From contig OY970309.1 of NCBI GenBank assembly GCA_963716395.1, positions 2,816,001-2,880,000 on the forward strand: a DNA stretch of 64,000 nucleotides. The letters are read 5' to 3'. The stretch comes from an uncultured Fibrobacteria bacterium (GTDB lineage Bacteria > Fibrobacterota > Fibrobacteria > UBA11236). A program made the translations under genes and the position numbers. The notes beneath the pieces were generated by a model. The model saw nothing but the letters and a program-made list of their open reading frames with translations. It did not search any database and had not been told where the DNA came from. Positions 59,504 through 64,000 of the stretch are shown one piece after another. Every line of letters begins with the position of its first letter. The stretch's first letter is position 1.

Positions 59504-60256
59504 TTATCCCACCTTGCCCACGTCGTTTACGGCCTGGCCCAAGGTTTCATTGATGGATTGCACGGCTTTTTCGTCGGCTTCATAGCTGCGGGTGTTCACA
59601 ATCATGCTGACCATGGCCGAAATCGGGTCGACATTCGAGCCTTCCAAAAATCCCTGCGCAACCTGGGTGTTCTGCGGCGCCAGCGGGGGATTGGTTTTCG
59701 GATCGGGGTTGGTGTAATAACTGTTGCCTTCGGCTTGCAACTGATTAGGTTGGTTGAACGCGACGATGTTGAGCCGTCCCACCGGAGTCGAGTCGACGAA
59801 TACCGCACCGTCTTCGCGCACTTGAAAGCTGTGGTTGGGCAGACCGTCGTCGCGCACTTCGATCGGGCGCATGCGATCGTCGAGCACGGGATTGCCGGTC
59901 AAGGTGACGAGTTGTTGCTTGGAGTTCAGGGCGAAGGCGCCGTTGCGGGTGTACAAAGGGCCGGTCGGGCCCTGCACGGTAAAGAACCCCTTGCCTTGCA
60001 AGGCGAAATCGAATTGGCTTTGAGTGCCGATCATCGGCCCTTGGGAAAAATCGGTGTAGACCTGGGTGGCGGTTTGCTTCTCGCTGGGAACCAGTTCATT
60101 CTCGTCGTTGCGGGCCGCACCCGCCTTGGTTTCCACCGCCAATTGGCTGAGCTTGAAGGCATTGGTATGCGAGTTGGCCAAATTGTTGGCGATGACATCC
60201 TGCTTGGCGAGGATGTTCATCATGCCGCGTGCGGCGGTGTAAAGACCCGTGACCAT
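59504..60256 (-). CDS. flgF: Flagellar proximal rod protein
   Basis: GLYTAARGM, ANNLAN, YTRNGAF, LEGSNVD; first gene before flgG; GGAGG RBS. Confidence 0.9.
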   Translation of the reverse strand: MVTGLYTAARGMMNILAKQDVIANNLANSHTNAFKLSQLAVETKAGAARNDENELVPSEKQTATQVYTDFSQGPMIGTQSQFDFALQGKGFFTVQGPTGPLYTRNGAFALNSKQQLVTLTGNPVLDDRMRPIEVRDDGLPNHSFQVREDGAVFVDSTPVGRLNIVAFNQPNQLQAEGNSYYTNPDPKTNPPLAPQNTQVAQGFLEGSNVDPISAMVSMIVNTRSYEADEKAVQSINETLGQAVNDVGKVG

Positions 60257-60276
60257 AATTCCTCCGCAGAGACTGC

Positions 60277-60294
60277 TCGCAAGACCCGGACCAA
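60277..60294 (-). promoter_or_regulatory. Sigma54 (-24/-12) promoter of flgFGAHI
   Basis: Minus strand TTGGTCCGGGTCTTGCGA = TGG-N10-GC with TTGC, about 20 nt upstream of the flgF start. Confidence 0.7.
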
Positions 60295-60619
60295 CGGCAA
60301 ACGCAGGCAAATGTTCGGGAAGTGCTTGAAATCAGCCGGGATCGCTTGTGGGAAAAATTGAAGTCTTACTTCAAGGCAAATTCTGCCAGGGTCCGGGCAA
60401 TTCGTCGCAGGCGGTGGGGGATGGCAAGAGGGAATGCGAAGGCACGCCGGGTGCTGGGCCGGGCGGGGTGCCGCGAGCGGAATTGAATTTGAACACCTGG
60501 GAAGCGCTGCTCGCCAGGTCTCCACCTCGGCGAAAAATATGCGATGAGGACAGGCGCGCCGGTTCCCGGTCAAGCGAACGAAATGAACCGTCAGCGATTT
60601 CCGGCGCCGACGAGGATCT

Positions 60620-62920
60620 TCAAGCTCTGCGCGCCCTGTTGTCTGAGGATGTAAATCCCGGCCTGCGGCCAACTGCCGGCCGGGAAGCGGGGGGATGGAA
60701 AGGGCGGGCCCCGGAACCGGGGGGTAAGGTCGCGATGAGTTTACCCTGCAGAGTGAAGATATAGAGCGGCTGCGGATTCCTTTGCGGGGTGATGGGGAAT
60801 TCCAGGGAGATGGAGGTAGCCGGTTCATAGGGCGGAATCGGCAGATTGCTGAACCCGGCGAAATACCGCGTGCAGGTGTCCCGCCAGGCCCGGGCATCGG
60901 CATAATGGACGTCGAGCTTTTGCTGCACCGCGGCGAAGCGCTGGGCATCGACATAGGACCCTAGGGAGGGCCACTGGACGGAATCCATGACCCCGACGTA
61001 GTGGAGCCCGTCGAAGTACCGATAACAGAGTTCATTCCAGAAGGTTCTGCCGGTACTCAGCTTCTGTCCCCACGGCATGTGGAAAAACCAGCACAGATAT
61101 TCATTGGGGCAGGTCTGCAGGCTGTTGAATTCGTTTTTGTTTTCGGGGAAATACTGGCTGACGAAATTGCTGCCCCCGGTCGTGCGATCGTACCCGAGGC
61201 CGGCGGCGTCGGCCCGGTGCCAGTACACCGAATTCCAGTCGGCATGACTCGTGCTGCCGTCATAGCCCGGTGCCGGTCCGTAATGGGCGCTGGGATTGAA
61301 AATTCCCCCGAGCCCGAGCGGATCCATGTAATTCACGCAGGCTTCGCGCGAACCGGCCAGCATTTTCCGGATGGTGGCGACCAGGGTGGCGTTCCAGCCC
61401 CAGGTCATTTTCGTCCACTCTTCGGCAATCGAGTCGGAAGAGAGATCGTGGTCCCAAGCCAGGCGCCCGAAAGCGTACCAATTCGCCTGGTTGAAATCGC
61501 TTCCGCACCAGTCGCGGTCGGATCCGGTATTGGCGACGCCCGCGAGCGCGGACATCGTGTCGCCGTACACGCTCCCGTCGAGGATCTTGCCGACGGTGGA
61601 GCCCGGGCCCGTCGCATAGGTATCGAAATCCAGCACCTCTTTCCAATAGGGCCCGAGGTACACCAACTGGATAGCCTGGCCGAGGTACTCCTTGGTGATC
61701 TCGAATTCGCCGCCGCTATGGGTGGCCGTCATGGCCCCGAACAGAGGATGCACCGGCTCGCGCGGCTGGAAATCGAAGGGGCCGTTTTTCACCTGGAGGA
61801 TGACGTTGGCGCGGAACTTCCCGTCCAGCGGCTTGAACTCCTTGTAGGCCCGCTTCAATCGATCGGGATCGATGGAGTCGGCGTAGACGAAAGTGCGCCA
61901 GAGGACAACACCGCCATGGGGAGCGAGTGCATCCGCCAGACAGTTCGCCCCGTCGGCATGGGTCCGGTTGTACGTTTGCGGGCCGGGCTGGCCTTCCGAA
62001 TTGGCTTTCACCAGGAAGCCGCCGAAATCGGGAATCAGGTTATAGATCTCGTCGCATTTCTGCGCCCACCAGGCGATGACGGAGGCGTCGAGGGGATCGG
62101 CCGTGCCCAAGCCCCCGATCAATTGCGGTGCCGCGAAATTGGCCGAAAGATACACCTGGATTCCGTAGGGGCGGAAGACGTCGGCCAAGGCCTTGACCTT
62201 GGCGAGGTAGGTGGACGATAGGATGTTGGCATCGGCGTTGACGTTGTTCAAGACCGAACCGTTGATGCCGATCGAGGCGCAGGCTCTGGCATAATCGGTA
62301 TGGCGCAGATCGAGTGTTCCGGGCAAGGCATTCCAATTCCAGAGGGAATTACCGGCATATCCGCGCTCGATTGAACCATCGAGATTGTCCCAATGATCCA
62401 ACATCCGCCGCTTGATCTTGGGCTTTTCACTGAGGGAAAGACCGGTCAGGGATTGCCCGGTCTGGATAAGGCGAAGCAAGTGGAAGCTTCCGTACAGGGC
62501 GCCGATTTCTCCGAAAGCCGCCACCACGATGATCGCATGACCTCCGTAGGTGGTCGAAACAATCCGGTAGGCATCCTCATTCGCATCGAGAGTCAACCCG
62601 AGCGCCTTGATGACGGACGAATTGGCAGGCGTTCCCACGACAACGGCGCCGTCGGCGGTCACCGAAGTCTGACTCGGAACGGTTTGGCCGAGAAGGCCGC
62701 TGAGACCGCGCACCAGCTCGCTGTCGGCGGCCTGCATGGTGGCGGAACCGCCTTGGACCACTATCTGCGCGGCCGCGGACCGGTACTGGGCCAACAGCGA
62801 CGCGTCGGGGACGCGGACGTAACGCAACCAGAGGTCATATCCATCTTCGGCGCAAGCCGGTCCCAGACCGATAACCAGAAACAACCCCAACGCGATATAG
62901 CGCAAGCTCTTAATGTCCAA
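60620..62920 (-). CDS. aguA: Secreted alpha-glucuronidase (GH67) with frameshifted C-terminal sorting tail
   Basis: EDGYDLWLRY, DHWDNLDGSIERGYAG, NNVNA, VKANSEGQPGP, KNGPFDFQPREP, EYLGQ; signal peptide; TTG start after AGGAG. Confidence 0.95.
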   Translation of the reverse strand: MDIKSLRYIALGLFLVIGLGPACAEDGYDLWLRYVRVPDASLLAQYRSAAAQIVVQGGSATMQAADSELVRGLSGLLGQTVPSQTSVTADGAVVVGTPANSSVIKALGLTLDANEDAYRIVSTTYGGHAIIVVAAFGEIGALYGSFHLLRLIQTGQSLTGLSLSEKPKIKRRMLDHWDNLDGSIERGYAGNSLWNWNALPGTLDLRHTDYARACASIGINGSVLNNVNADANILSSTYLAKVKALADVFRPYGIQVYLSANFAAPQLIGGLGTADPLDASVIAWWAQKCDEIYNLIPDFGGFLVKANSEGQPGPQTYNRTHADGANCLADALAPHGGVVLWRTFVYADSIDPDRLKRAYKEFKPLDGKFRANVILQVKNGPFDFQPREPVHPLFGAMTATHSGGEFEITKEYLGQAIQLVYLGPYWKEVLDFDTYATGPGSTVGKILDGSVYGDTMSALAGVANTGSDRDWCGSDFNQANWYAFGRLAWDHDLSSDSIAEEWTKMTWGWNATLVATIRKMLAGSREACVNYMDPLGLGGIFNPSAHYGPAPGYDGSTSHADWNSVYWHRADAAGLGYDRTTGGSNFVSQYFPENKNEFNSLQTCPNEYLCWFFHMPWGQKLSTGRTFWNELCYRYFDGLHYVGVMDSVQWPSLGSYVDAQRFAAVQQKLDVHYADARAWRDTCTRYFAGFSNLPIPPYEPATSISLEFPITPQRNPQPLYIFTLQGKLIATLPPGSGARPFHPPASRPAVGRRPGFTSSDNRARRA

Positions 62921-63046
62921 GACGCTACTCCTGAAATTCCCGAAATCTATTCAGATTCTAGCGCGCGGCTGTCAGAACTGGGGGGAAGAGCTTCTGCTTT
63001 TGGCCTAGGTTGGAACGGATCTGAACGGATCTCCCGGATTGGGGAA

Positions 63047-63499
63047 TTATTCCGGAAAGCCTTTCCCCTCCTCAATCAGCTTCACCAGACTGTCTTTCAG
63101 GTGGTGCGTCCAACCGGCTTCGCAACTGTCGTAACATTCGCTTTCCGGCGTCAGCCGTTTGTGGACGAATTCAATCCGGGTTTTTCCGTCCTTCTCGCTA
63201 AGCGTCCAAATCACATCCGTGTTTTTCCACTCTTGTTTGTCCTTGATCCAGTCCAGTTGGCAGTCGGTGACCCTCCAGACGATTTTCTTCTCCGGAATAA
63301 ACTCGGAGATGACGAAATCCACGAAGGTGTCTCCAAAACGCACGATGAATTTGTCTTGTGGTTTTTCCGCCCGGCCTTGGAAATTTTTTGCCCACCACAA
63401 ATCAACCCGGCCGATTTTTTTTAGGACGTCTTTGGCCGGGGCGTTGACGGTTAGGCGCAGGTGGAAATCCTGATTGTGTGCTGTGGATTGCTGTGTCAT
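63047..63499 (-). CDS. SRPBCC/AHSA1-domain protein
   Basis: WW..F.G, KKIVWRVTDC, EWKNT, TRIEFVH..LTPESECYDSCEAGW; AAGGAG RBS before ATG 63499. Confidence 0.88.
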   Translation of the reverse strand: MTQQSTAHNQDFHLRLTVNAPAKDVLKKIGRVDLWWAKNFQGRAEKPQDKFIVRFGDTFVDFVISEFIPEKKIVWRVTDCQLDWIKDKQEWKNTDVIWTLSEKDGKTRIEFVHKRLTPESECYDSCEAGWTHHLKDSLVKLIEEGKGFPE

Positions 63500-63917
63500 A
63501 ACGTGACTGCTCCTTTCTTTAACATCGAATACACTTTGCCGAAAAGTTTTCCGCCCACCCCGGAGGATGGGAGGCGATACCCAGGGCTTCTCCGACGCGT
63601 TCCCGGATTTCCGGGAATCTTCGAATTCCGAGAGCCCCCTGTTCAATATTATACCAAATGGTGTAATGTTATGCAAAGTCTTTTTCCCGGTGCTTTTCCC
63701 GCGGGATTTCCCTGTTGTTCTCACGTATTCTGGTTCCAACCGAAACCGTGAAACGCGTCTTGCTTGAAGACGCCGCAGCGAACACTCCGCGCAACTCGGG
63801 CGGGAATAGGGGCAAGCCCGATTTCTCGAAGCAAAACCGGCGCGGAGGCCCTAGATTTCCCGAGAAGAGCGTTAGATTGGGGAACCTTCCGGGGTTTCCG
63901 GGAATAGGGGCGAAGTT

Positions 63918-64000
63918 ATGCGCGAACACCCGATGATTGGATTCCCCTTTTTCATGGTCGCTCTCATCCATGCCCAGGCGATAAACGTACGCGGCACAAT
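63918..64000 (+). CDS. Start of probable secreted protein, truncated by window end
   Basis: ATG after AGGGG; MREHPMIGFPFFMVALIHA-QAINVRGT reads as a signal peptide; only 27 codons visible. Confidence 0.45.
   Translation, partial: MREHPMIGFPFFMVALIHAQAINVRGT

Noticed and set aside
60348-60764. 138-aa plus-strand ORF between flgF and the GH67 gene
   Set aside because: Low-complexity translation overlapping the flg regulatory region and the GH67 tail

Overview
GC-rich (visually about 60%), gene-dense bacterial chromosomal window from a diderm organism, most plausibly a free-living member of the FCB group such as Fibrobacterota (inference from OM beta-barrels, a Por/T9SS-type C-terminal tail, many lipoproteins and P/L-ring flagellar genes). 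It is mostly housekeeping and envelope genes: orn, cls, fabF, fbaA, xseAB, recO, gluQ, panB, an MlaEFD-type MCE transporter, pgeF, uvrB, an AsmA-family gene, glgX, a KimA-like permease, nrdR, ugd, flgFGAHI, a GH67 alpha-glucuronidase, and two tRNAs (Ser-CGA, Ile2-CAT). I saw no CRISPR array, integrase, transposase or prophage gene. The most notable observations are: (1) the GH67 gene has its secretion-signal tail split by a one-base frameshift next to two G6/C6 runs; (2) the MCE operon is coupled to a TPR protein and a beta-propeller protein instead of recognisable MlaC/PqiC partners; (3) an Ig-repeat protein with Ca-binding loops is coupled to a beta-barrel gene; (4) an SGNH-fold protein lacking all catalytic motifs plus a Zn-ribbon protein follow tRNA-Ile2; (5) several structured or repeat-like intergenic elements and a sigma54 promoter for the flagellar operon. 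All product calls are from motif recognition by eye, with no database searches.
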